This document shows positions 10,061 to 21,939 of a DNA stretch of 64,000 nucleotides, piece after piece. The notes below the pieces were generated by a model, which ran no database searches, was not told where the DNA came from, and saw nothing but the letters and a program-made list of their open reading frames with translations. The stretch is from Camelus ferus (lineage: Eukaryota). The DNA lies in contig NC_045701.1 of the NCBI RefSeq assembly GCF_009834535.1, forward strand, positions 32,426,001-32,490,000, in the 5' to 3' direction. Position numbers and translations under genes: made by a program. Each line of letters starts with the position of its first letter. The stretch's first letter is position 1.

Positions 10061-13000
10061 CCCCTGAGGCCCCCGCTGTCTGCAAACAATTACTAACCCC
10101 TTGTCCTTGGTCTCCTCTGCCCCGTCCTCAGGCCTCACACGTGGCCAGAATCCTGCCCAAAAAGAAAGGAACCACGTGGTCGGCCTGCAGCCCCTCAGAA
10201 TCCCCTGAGCCTGGCTCCTCCATTGCCAGCGCTTTTGTCCCTGCTGCCTCTGGCTCAACCGCGCCACTTGGGTGTTGCCCCCACCCATCCAATCTCCCAG
10301 GGTTCTGGGCTGCCCCAATCAGCCGGCCCTATCTAGGGTCTGGGTAAACCAGACCAGAAATCCAAGACAGTCAGATTTTAAAAATCCCATCCACTGCCTC
10401 CTCTGACTGTGGAAATATTCCAGACACCCCATTTTAGCACCCGCCCCCACAAGTCTTGCAGAACTGCACCCCTTACCTAGAGGGGACACAAGACCCATGT
10501 GTCCAGGTTTTGGGTTAATTTAGTACCTTTTAGCCTCCCTTACCCAGCCTGTTTCTCACTGTCTCTGGGGTCTACCCTGTGTCTCATTCCCACAGAACTT
10601 TGCTAGGTGCCAGCTCTTCACAAATCTAAAATATAAATGGAAGGGCAATGCTAATGGCTAACAAGTGCAAAATGTGTAAGTCTTTCTCCCAGGGGAGTAT
10701 GTAAAAAATCTACATTTGTAACTGGAGACCCACAGTTTCACATGTACCCCCAAAATGTAACTAACAATAGAATACTGAAATGATGTAGACTAGTAAGGAA
10801 GCTATTTGGGGGTATGAGCTTTTCCAAGTGAGACCCTCGAATCATGGAAGTAGCCTCTGCTACACCCCTATTTCATCTCTCTCCTCTTGGTCCCCACAGT
10901 GTATGTCCCCTGTGACCCATGGTGACACCTGTGGAAGGTGATGTCACTGCCTGGGAATTTACCCTGAGGACCAAAACCATAAGAAAAATAAGTAAACAAG
11001 TACCAAAAATGTGCTAACCACGTCTGTCTGTGTGGTAATGGCTGTGCCATCAATCCTGTCTAACACATGGAGGTCCTGTTGCTGAAAGATTGGCCCCCAC
11101 CCCTGACAAGCCGAAATGAAACTCAGAGACAGGGTCTTAGGGCATAGAAGAAAGGAGATAGCTTTATTACTTTGCCGGGCAAAAGGGGACTCACAGCAGG
11201 CTAGTGCCTTCAAAACTGTGAACCCATCTTGGGGATGGGGCGGGGTGATTATATAGCCATAGCTCAAACAATAAATCATCTATAACAATCAACAGAATCA
11301 TTTTCTTCTCGAGTGGTGTCATGGTGTCTCCAGGTGACCAATTCTGTAGATGCTAGTGGTTGTCGCTCTTTTGATCTCTTTATCTTATAAGCACCCAATG
11401 CATGGTCTTCTTGGTAATTCAGGCTATTTTGTGAGGTTACAGTCCCGTGAATTTCTCCCTGGAGAATGACTCAGAGACCAAGCATGATTACTACTTTCGA
11501 TTACTGGCATAAAGCAGAAACAGTAAAATTAATAACTTTATTTTAACAATGGGCCTGGAGCTGTGAGTAGCAACCGGTCAGTCAGGTTAGTTGACCGTTT
11601 TAAGGACAAGCATAAGAATAAGCAATCTGTTAGCCTAAGTATGGCCATCTTATTAATTCTCTTTCAGTCCTACAGAAAGAGAGAGAGCTGGAATTCAAAG
11701 CCCGGGCAGTCTGACTCAGGAGCTCATGCTCACCCTCTCTTCCTGTTCTGGACTTGACATTCCTCTCTCTCTCTGCCCACAGGATCGGCTTGGCCATCGC
11801 CCAGCGTCTGGCCCAGGACGGGGCCCGCGTGGTGCTCAGCAGCCGGAAGCAGGAGAACGTGGACCGGGCGGTGGCAGCACTGCAGGGGGAGGGGCTGAGC
11901 GTGACGGGCACCGTGTGCCACGTGGGGAAGGCTGAGGACCGAGAGCGGCTGGTGGCCACGGTGAGCAGCAAGGATATGGGCGCAGAGCCAGGAGGTGGCA
12001 GAAGGAAGCCAGCCTGAGCTGGCTTTCCTGGACAACAGGAGTGTAAGCCAAGCCAGCACTGTTAACTAAAACATAACAGTGCATTCTGCATACCCACACC
12101 GGTCCACTAGCATATTCTTATTGTGTGTCTTTGTGTTCTGCTTTCAAGAATCATCCCATATCAGTCAGAGAATCAAAAACCACTATAATACTTCAACCCT
12201 GCATCATCCTTTGGAGCACCACACCCCAAAGAAAAAAAACTGGTCCTAGTTCTCCAGCAATTTCCAATCTAAATACAGTCGCAAAATAGGTATTCCCACT
12301 TGTGAGCTAATAAACCATCAATCCCTTATTCTTCAGTTTATAAAGTCAAGTCCCTGGGAACAGACACGAGGTAGTCCACCATGATTCAACCACCTGCTGT
12401 GTGCCATTAACTTTGTTCCAAGCCTTACTCGGGTTATCTCTAAACCTGACAACAGCCCAAGCAAGGCAAGGACTATTCTCCCTGAATAGAGAGACTGGTT
12501 CAGAAAGCTGGAGCAACCGCCCACTGTCCCACAGCTAGTAAGAGAAGAGCTGTGAGCCAACCCAGACTTGCCAAGCTGCCTACAGACTACCGGCCATTTC
12601 CCCGTTAGCATTTCCCCATCAGGTCAGGCCTTGGGTGCCCACGAGGACTTTAGTCTCAAAGAAAGTGTCTAAGCCAGTGTCAGAGTTGGTACTTGGCACC
12701 AGCCTTCCAGCTGCACAAGAAAATATGAACATCTGGCAAAGGAGGCTGCTCTCCCTAGGCTCAGGGCACACACTTTATATCTTGGAGTGGGAGGGAGAAG
12801 CTAGCCAAGAATGAGAAGTAAAAGATTGTGCTAACAGAATGGAAAGTGGCGGAAATAATTGGAGTAATCGTCTTAGACAAGGAGGATGTGAAATGATGGT
12901 AGACAGTGGTATAGACGACAGCATAAGGTTATTCCATTTGTAGGGAACCATTTGGCAGAGGCTCAAATGTGCACTGGCTCCAAGAAAGTCACCTTGCCTG

Positions 13001-16000
13001 GCACAGGCTGCTGCACAGTGCCTGAGACTGAGACCTTGATCCTCAGAATGAAGAGAGCCATCTGGGATCCTGGGCCGACTAATAAGCTACATGGAAATGT
13101 GTGTAGCTACTTAATGTCAAAATCCTGCCAGAAAAATGACCTCTGGTCCCTCACCAGTTCCACTTCACCCATCCTGCAGCCCTGGCCCAGAAGTGGGGTC
13201 TGAGCTAGACCTTGAGGAGTAGGTGGGACTGGGCAGATGGCATAGGGCCGGGATTCCGGATGACCCTGCAAAATGAGCAGACAGCCAAGGAGGGACGGAA
13301 GGGGAGAGGAGAGCGCTGTGAAGCCACAGCAGAGAGTGCAGGTGCCGGAGCGCTGGTGGGAAATGTGCCAGGTAGGACGGATGGGGGACAGGGGCCTCCG
13401 TGGCCTCCCAAAGGAGTTTAGACACGTTCTTGGAGGAAATAAGGAACCATGTGAGGTTTTGAGCGAGATGAAAATGGTTATTAGAGAAAGATAATCTAGC
13501 ACTGGTAGGAAGGTTGTATTGGACTAAAGATTCCAAGCCAAGGACATCAGCGAGGAAGCTGATGCTGTCACTTAGGTCTAGAGCAGTGGTTGTAGGACCA
13601 GAACAGATAGGCCCAAGAGACATTTAGTGGGAACCAACCAAGATTTTTTTTTCCCTAACCTTATGTCAGGAAATGGGAAGTATAGCAATGAATCAAAAAT
13701 GACCCTCAGGTAGTTTGAATGACCAGTGTCAGTGGTGAATGATAGGATACTTGTTAGTAGTTTGAGATGTGTTCTGCCTCTTGCCAGCTGTTACCCTGTG
13801 ATGAGGAAAGCTGCTGCCCTGAGGATGGTTACTCCCCAGTGGCCTCCTAATCTGCACTTCGAAGCTTGTCAAAGGCATCGTGAGCTGAAACCAGATTAGC
13901 CGCTGCTCCACTGGATTCTTCTTTTTCTTAAAAATAGACCTGTCAGAACACAGAGCAAGCAACTCTTAACTATTTTAGGGTAGCAATCACGCAATCTAGA
14001 GCAAGACTTAGAAGACACCTGGATGGTCAGAGTACCCTTGCCATTAATCTTCCATGGTTCTCTGTCTCTGTTCAGTCCAAAGCCAGTCTTCTCTCCTCTC
14101 CACGCTCTTAGGCCTAGAAAGAGAAGGGAACGGCAGCAGTGGAAAAGGGCTCCAGGTGGTTCGGCTGCGGTCCACCATCTTCCCACCCCCCAAAGACACA
14201 CGCACGGAGCCCAGCACACTTCGCTTTCTAATGCATTCTGCACTTTCCGCATCAGAATTCCGTGAGACTTAGAGCCAAGGCAGGTGTCGGGGGCTTTGTG
14301 CTGGGACACTAAAATTTAGAGAGTGCAAGACAGTATTGATACAGGTTTTAAGAGATTATGTGATTTTAAATTTTCTTAAATTTACATGTTGATAGCCCAG
14401 GCATTCCCTCAGTAGTGTGGAAGCAACTGAGCTTAGCACCTAGTTAGCAAGAATAATTAGTTAAAAATCGGGAGCTAGCAGATGGTACACATTGTTAATA
14501 ACACCCCTCCGTGTGCCAAATCGCGAAGCACAAAGTTGATGGAGGGCCCATTTACTGTTGCTTGCCCAAGGCATCAAAATTGCCAGTTCTGGGCAAATGT
14601 GAAGTCTGGTTTCAGGGTGGAGTGTATTGTTGGCAGGTTCTGTTTGGCTACTCATTACTCCAGCACATGCCTTCACCACCTACTTACAATGTATTAAGGA
14701 GGTGAGATGTTGCCTTTCTTAGTTTTCCCAGCTTAATCTCAGTTTCTGCCTTGAATCTTCCATACCTCCAGGCCCCCCCCCCCCACCCAAGAAAAGCAAG
14801 TGGAGGAGGGGAGAAAATGACATCCTCACTGGGTGTGGAGCTGCTTTAAGTCTCCTCCATCATGGCTCTCCTGGGTAGTCAGTTTCATAGTGTTGCAGGA
14901 AAATGGGACACAAGAGGATGGCAAGTCCCTGGGACACTCCCCATCAAGTGAGCATCCTTGGCTTTGCACATTAAAGAATCCAAAAGCAAGCCAGAGTGAA
15001 GTGAAAGCAAGTGTATTTAGAGAGATACTCCATAGACAGAACGTGGTCTGTCTCACTCATAAGGGAGAGTGGCCACAAGGTATGCGGGTGATTAGCTTTT
15101 ATGGTCTGGGTGATTTCATATGCTAATGAAGGAAAGGATTATTCCAGCTATGTTGGGGAAAGGGAGAGGATTTCCAGGAACTGGGCCCCGCCTACTTTTT
15201 GGCCTTTTTCCGTCAGCCTGGGTGCTGTCATGGCACCTGTAGGTGTGCCATGAGCCTCAAGGTCTACTGGAAGTGGAATCTTCCACCATCTTGGTTCTTA
15301 ACCGTTGACCTATCCTCAGTTGCTGCGTCATTCTTTTAATGGTTGTGCCCTGCCCCATCCCTCCTGTCTCAATAGTGGCCCTGACTCTCTCTTGAGGACT
15401 CTTATATTAGCTCTGGGTTGGAAAGTAAGTTCTGCCACCACTAACTAGCCTTGTGCCCTGGGCAAATCACTTCACTTCTCCCGAATACTGAATGACCAGG
15501 CCTCCTGTTCTTAGTCGGCGCTAATGGATCATTACTGGGCCATATGACCTTGAGAAATTAACTTCCCTGGACCTCAGTTTTGTCACCTTCATAATGACTT
15601 TGGGGTAGATGATCTCAAAGGCCCCTCCCAGTAGCAATTTCCTATGGGTCTATTTAAACTCATTTCTCCATTCAGGTACATGTGGACAGGCTGAGTTTGA
15701 GATAATGGTAACTCATTCAAGGAGAACTTGACAGTAAGCATTTGGAGAAATGGGGCGGGACTCAGTGTGAAAAGAGGAAGGGTCTAGAAATGGATTTTGA
15801 GGTGAGACCTGAAGCCATGAGAATAAAGGTACTCCCAAAAGGGAAAGTCTAAAAAGTCAAGGGTCAGCGACAGCCTTAGAAAAAGCAGGGGCAGAAAGAA
15901 AAGACTGCAAAAGAAATTAGATGACTTTAAATGTTTTAGCAGCAGAACTTTGGGTACCTTTGGAGAAAAAATGTTTTAAGGAAAAGAGGTCATTTTGACA

Positions 16001-19000
16001 ACTGTTCCTAAGAAGGAGTTCGTTATCGACATTGATAAATGCACACCCCCTCTTTCTGGCCATGCAGCCCTAATTCAGACCTTACTCCTCTCTAGGCTGT
16101 GAAACTTCATGGGGGCGTGGACATCCTGATCTCCAATGCAGCCGTCAACCCTGTCTTTGGAAACATAATGGATGTCACGGAGGAGGTGTGGGACAAGGTG
16201 AGAGGGGATGGAAGTATCAGGGGGCAGGCCTCAGAAGACAGCACACACCCAGTCTGCTTTTAGAATGCATTTGTCAAGTACAGTGTAAATGTGAGGAATC
16301 CTTGCAATTTGCCACACACCTGGAGTGCACCTGGTAAAGGGGGAATCAGGGGAGGGCTGGCTTCCTCTGTCCCTGCCCTTCTCTTTCATTTCTGCTTCTC
16401 CTCAGTTCTGTCTTCTTCATTTTCTCCTTGTTTCTTTGCCTCCCTCCCCCAGCTCTCTTCCTGCAGCGGGCTTATCCAGGCTCTTCCTGATTTATTTCCA
16501 GCAGACATGGCAGCTAATATGCCCATACCTAAGACACTCAGACTTATACACCATCCCTCCTCCTTTCAGCTGCCAAAAAAGAATGATCTTTCATTAGTTG
16601 GAAAACTTTAATAACTGCTAGTTAAGTGAAATATCAGTTCTGGTGAAATGTGCTAAGTTGCCACTTTATAATATACAGCCTTTGAAAAAGACCTGCTCTC
16701 TTTTCTTTGTAACTCTTATGTCAAGAAAATCTGACATCCAAGTGTTCAGGGGCCAGAATACTGGTTTTTGTGTGAGCGTGTATAATTACTTTATATTTAT
16801 AATATATTTCACACACCTACATTCTTTAATTATAAGGTCTTAATTAAAATATTTGTCTTTTTTACTAAGGTTAATATTCCTACATGATTTGGAAATGCTT
16901 AATTTTTTATGATCTCCCATAGTTTTGCTTTTTTACCCTGATGTCATCAATAATTTCTCGACGCTAAAGTTTAAAGATACTAAAATATTCTAGTTCGTTT
17001 ATCAGTGTTTCACAGACAGAGAGACCAAAGTGCCAAAATGCTCTTCAATGAGTCAGTTCCTGATTGATATTCTTTAAAGCAGAGAAACATCTTTCATGAG
17101 GAGGTTGAATAGAGACCACGTGAAAATCAGTTATAAACCAAGTCATTTTTCTTTTTACTTGGCTTTTTTAAAAATATCACAGTCTATCAAATCTAAAGGC
17201 AATGGTTGATCCTTGATTGAACCTGGGACTTTTAAAATAAGGACACTTGGGGGACAATTGGGGAAATTATATTATGGACAGTAAAATCTTTATCAACGGT
17301 AGGTTCCTTGGGTGTAATGATAGACGGTGGTGTGTAAGAATGTCCTTATTCTTTGGAAATAATGCTAAAATATTTAGGGCTAAAGCATTAGAATGTCTGC
17401 AACTCACCTTCAAAGGGGAAGGAAAATCTGCATAGATACATAGGGCAAATGCAACAAAATGTGAACAACTGGTGAATGCAGGTAAAGGCTATCTAGATAT
17501 TCATTGTCATTCTATTTCCACTTTTCTGTACGAGTGAAATTTTCCAAAATAAGAAGTTGCATGGGAAGTGTAGGAGGGGACTCTCCCAGCAGTACCTAGA
17601 GCAATGTAATCAAGGGTCATGCATTTGTTTTAAATTATGGATGTGGGGTTTTGATTGTAGCCTATATCCCAGCTCTCCCAAAAATACTTCCTCTCAATTC
17701 CACTTGTCAATAAATGTCCAGCCAGATAGTCCATCCCGGAGGGCCGAGAGCATCTTGCTCCCTGAACTCAAAAGCCAGAAAAGTGCTGGAACAACCCCAA
17801 GGGCCTGAGGTCAGGCCATGTTTTTTCTGAGAAACACAGCCCGCTCTGGGGCAGATCCAGGCAGCCAGCCCAGTTCCAGGGTCTCCCTAGTTGGAAGACA
17901 TGCAGAAAATCCAGCTCAAAATCAAGGCAGCCCTGAGCATTCAGGTCCATTCTGGGCCAAATCATACTTAGCTGGTTAGGAAACAAAAGGAACCAGGCTC
18001 CGTTCTCTCTCCCTTGAAACCTAATGTGTCATCTTCTAGCCGAATAAGCTGGGGAAAGCCACCTCTCCCCGGGCCTTGGTTTCTTCACTCGTAAGGTCGG
18101 GTAAACCATCTCTAAGACCTCCACTGGCCCTATGAAGAGAAGCCTATGACCCCCACTGCACCTCCCCATCGCCCTGCCTTCTCCAGCTCCCTCCCCTCAT
18201 GCTGTTCCTGCTCTTCCCTCCATTTCAGGTTCTGGACATTAACGTGAAGGCCACGGCCCTGCTGATAAAGGCAGTGGTGCCAGAGATGGAGAAACGAGGG
18301 TACAGAGTGAGAGGGAGCTTGGGTGTAAGGGGCCCCTGTGGGCTGAGGGGAGGGGTCTCCACTGGGAAGAGCGTCATTCTGTTCTTTTTCCAGAGGTGGC
18401 TCAGTGGTGATCGTGGCCTCCATAGGCGCCTACAGCCCATTTCCTGTAAGAACCTCCTCTGCTACCTTCATCCCTTCCTCTATCTTGTACCTCCCGCCCT
18501 TCCGGTCACCCTAAGAAGTTTGTGTCCCCTTTGGGAAATCACACCACCAAGTACCTTCCCCCAAAATAGAGGCCTTGCCTCCACAAACCCTAACCAAGGG
18601 AGGTTTCATCACAAGACAGTTTTCTCACTGGGACCCTCCCTTCCAAGAGATACTCTATTATCTGTTGCCCTTTATATCTTGTTAAGAACCAAGAATGAAC
18701 TGGAGTTGAAAAGACTAACCCATTCTCTCCTTTCCCCAGGGCCTGGGCCCTTACAATGTTAGTAAAACAGCCCTGCTGGGCCTCACCAAGAACCTGGCCA
18801 GAGAGCTGGCCCAAAGGAACATTAGGGTGAACTGCCTGGCACCTGGACTCATCAAGACTAGCTTCAGCCAGTTGGTGAGAGAGGGGAGGCCTGCTTCCTG
18901 CTGGGACCCTAAGGGGTACCTTCTCAGATGGGGAAGCCCAGCACCTGGGTCCTGAGCTCCCAACCACTTCCGCCCCCCTCCCCAGGCTTTTCCACATCCA

Positions 19001-20984
19001 TGCTGCATACGTGTCCAGACTAGACCCCCACATGACCCTTTCTTGAGGTGCACAGTGAAACTGGGGAATTCAGACTTGACTCAGGCCATTTCATATCTCC
19101 TTAAGTGGATGAGACCTGGGGTCACCCAGCAAAATGCCTCCTTAGAACCTGAAGAGAATGAAGCAAAAGAGGGCGGTGGACAGAGGCTGGGAGCTGGGAA
19201 GGACCAGGGAGTGAAGTGGGCAGCTCTCCATCCTTCCTCCCCATAGAAGGCTGGCAGTTTCTCCCCACACTGTCCCTCACAGGAAGAGATTTCTCTTTTT
19301 CCTGCAGTTGTGGATGGGCAAGGAAAGAGAGGAGAGCATAAAAGAAACCATGCAGATCAGAAGGTAAGGCTTCACAGGGGAGGGCTGGGAGGGATAAAGA
19401 AAGGGCTGGTCCCTCACAGCTCACAGCTCACCGTCTCTCGGGCCCGCAGACAACACAGGCATGCTTTCCTCTACTTCAAACACACAGACCTCACAAGTTC
19501 GCAAACACTGCAGCACTACAGTGAGGGAGCAGGGAGTCTGCTTCCATTGCCAAAACTAAACACAGAGGCATCCAGGGTTAGCAGAGCAGAGCCCTGGGGG
19601 AGACCCTGACTCTTCTCTCCACCTGGGTGTCTGCCTCCACCTCTGGGCATCCCAGCCATAAGGGACAAAAACCAAAACCAAAACATGCTTTTTTAGTCCC
19701 CTTGAATAAAGAGTCATGTTTCCAACACTCAGGCTAATGATCCTACAATCCAAAGAAATGGAATGAAGAGCTTTACTAAGTCCCCAAACCCCCCTTGCCT
19801 AAGAAAACTAGCTTCTTCTCCAAAGGGTGGGCTGAACTGTTCAGGCACCTTTGTCTGGCTCCCTTTCCTCCTCTAAGTTCCCTGCCTTCCTCCAGCTTCT
19901 GGCTACTGGGAACTCTCTTGTCTTTAGCTCCTCCACCTTGTCCCCTCAAGGACATATGTCAGCAATGCCTCCTCAGGAAGGGAGACCCCAACAAGGGCTC
20001 CCAAAGCCATTCTGATGTCAAGCATGAGCTGCAGGCCTAGTTCACAACTCATTAATAAGTTGGGGAATCCTAGACCCCCAACTAATGATCGATCTCCGTG
20101 CTTCTCAGTCTTGGATGCACATTAGAATCAGCTGGAGCGCTTATGAAACCACAGATGCTCAGGCCCCACTCGCAGAGATTCTTTTTCAATTGGTCCAGGG
20201 TAGGATCTGGACATCTTTTGGAGGGTATGGGGCAGTGCTGAGGGGAGAAGTGAAGCCTCCGGGATGACTACCGTGTGCAGTTTGGAGGGAGACCCACTAA
20301 TCCAGGCCTTCTAGGTTTGAGGTGCCCACTCTACCCACCTCTAAGCATTCCATGGCAGTCAGGTTAAAGTGTTCCCTAACTATGCCATCACTGGTACAAA
20401 CACTGAGAATTAGCAAATCTCACAAAATGAACCTGACTTTAAGGGACAAAAATAGATTCCTGGAAAAGTTGTCTGTGAATTGAAGCTGTACAAATGGAAT
20501 CATTTGAAACAAACCATTGACTGTCTCGCAGACTCCCTGACACTTGAATAGTATGCATACATGTCAAGCAGATTCTTTGGAGAATGAAATAGCTACTCAC
20601 CAGTTTATCATGTATAACTTTGGATTTTGATGTCCTGAATTCTCTAAAAAACAAAGCATTTCTATATTGTATGAATATAATATGTAGTGTTTTTTGCAAA
20701 GTATTTATGTTTATACTAGATTATAAATAACAGCTTATCCTCATGGTAACCCTATTTGATGGGCAGTAGCTTGTACACTAGTCCTGAAAAATCATCTGAT
20801 ACTTTCTGATTAAGCAAATTTCATTACCTGTTTGACTTTTAGTCTCTTCCTTGTTTCCCCTCCTGCCAGGTTAGGCAAGCCGGAAGACTGTGCAGGCATC
20901 GTGTCTTTCCTGTGCTCTGAAGACGCCAGCTACATCACTGGGGAGACGGTGGTGGTGAGTGGAGGGACCCCTTCCCGCCTCTGA
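9902..20984 (+). CDS. DHRS4: Dehydrogenase/reductase SDR family member 4 (peroxisomal NADPH-dependent carbonyl/retinal reductase), 8 coding exons, 279 aa
   Basis: Exons 9902-10032, 11783-11960, 16096-16197, 18229-18299, 18394-18445, 18740-18874, 19308-19363, 20870-20984, all GT-AG. Total 840 nt in frame. [24 protein letters not shown]...[13 protein letters not shown], catalytic S170 and YNVSK (Y183/K187), C-terminal PTS1 SRL then TGA at 20982-20984. Confidence 0.98.
11077..11666 (-). mobile_element. ERV1 solo LTR in DHRS4 intron 1, antisense to DHRS4
   Basis: Minus strand TGAAAGAG...CAGCAACA. Perfect 4-bp TSD GTCC (11073-11076 / 11667-11670). Minus-strand TATATAA at 11255-11249 and AATAAA at 11168-11163. 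Confidence 0.85.
13430..13640. mobile_element. L2 fragment
   Basis: ggaaccatgtgaggttttgagcgagatgaaaatgg...gaggaagctgatgctg, a typical L2 body. Confidence 0.5.
14891..15371 (-). mobile_element. ERV1 solo LTR, MER41-like, in DHRS4 intron 2
   Basis: Minus strand TGAGACAGGAGGGA...TTCCTGCAACA. Perfect 4-bp TSD ATAG (14887-14890 / 15372-15375). Same family as 916-1529. Confidence 0.88.
17200..17560 (+). mobile_element. Old L1 (L1MC/L1ME-type) 3' fragment
   Basis: ggacaattggggaaatt...ttccttgggtgtaatgat...gaatgtccttattctttggaaataatgctaaaatatttaggg. Confidence 0.6.
20097..20290. mobile_element. MER5-type hAT-Charlie MITE
   Basis: gtgcttctcagtcttggatgcacattagaatcagctggagcgctt...gatgctcaggccccac...cagagattct. 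Confidence 0.7.
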
Positions 20985-21375
20985 GAACCTGGAGAGCATC
21001 CACCAGGGCAGAGATTGGGCTCCAACTCCTGGGTCCTGTTCCAGTATTCATCAACTGGCCTTTCCCACCTCTGCCTAGCATACTGCTGACCTTACACCAT
21101 ACTCCCCAAAGTCAATTCTGCCTTGTAAAAAGATCCAGTGTTCTCTGTGGTCAAGGTGTGGCCTTATGAGGATTCCCACTGTTGCTGTAGTCTTGGATAA
21201 AGGCTTCCCCTGAGAGCACAGGACAGGCCTGCTGTGAGGGCGGAGTCTGCCTTGTCGAAACCAACTAATTTTTTTTTTTTTCTGGGCATCAGGGAATTGA
21301 GGACTATGAGAGAGAAGGAATCAGGAGTAGATGAAACAGGGTTGAAAATTAACAACTTGCTGCAAATGAGGTGCA

Positions 21376-21381
21376 AATAAA
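21376..21381 (+). terminator. DHRS4: DHRS4 polyadenylation signal (AATAAA)
   Basis: AATAAA about 390 nt after the stop, followed by GT/T-rich sequence near 21410-21425. Confidence 0.7.
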
Positions 21382-21939
21382 AATGCAAATGATCACATTG
21401 CTTTGAATCAGTGTGGTTTTTTTCAGTGTAGGGTGCATAGATGTGGTAGCCCAGCAGAGAGCACTGAGTGGACTGGATCCCTCTAAGATCCCCTGAGATC
21501 CTAAGTCTGGATCTTCCTGACCCTCCTCCCTGTCTCCAGGACCTAAGCGTAATGCTCAGGTGTGGAGGTGTTTGCAGAGCTGCCAGCTGGAAGGGGGTGG
21601 CAAGGGAATTCCCAGGTGCTACTCTCGGCCTCATACCCGCAGGGATGGTGCCAAGGACGCCGCAGGGATCTCCCAGGCTGGGCAAGCGGGAAAGGAAGGA
21701 CGAACTCCCCCAGATTCTGCCAGGTCCTCTCCCGGCATTGCCCTTGGCCGCGAGTTCCTTCCTTCGCGGGTCAGTGAGGACAAACTGGACGGTCCCGGGC
21801 AAGCAGTGAAAAGGGAGGATCCTTGCAAGGGTGACCCGGCGAGGGGTACCCAGGCCCACAAACAAAAGAAATGGGTTCTGCTCACAGTGCCTGAGGAGTA
21901 GGTGACACGGAAAGTGGGGACGCTGCCCCCCACCCGGGA

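Noticed and set aside
13730-14310. Minus-strand GGGAAGATGGTGGACCG and nearby ORFs resembling a retrogene 5' end
   Set aside because: No recognisable protein, poly(A) tail or TSD.
16620-17160. AT-rich block in DHRS4 intron 3
   Set aside because: No termini, tail or TSD visible. Probably a decayed repeat, and it cannot be assigned.
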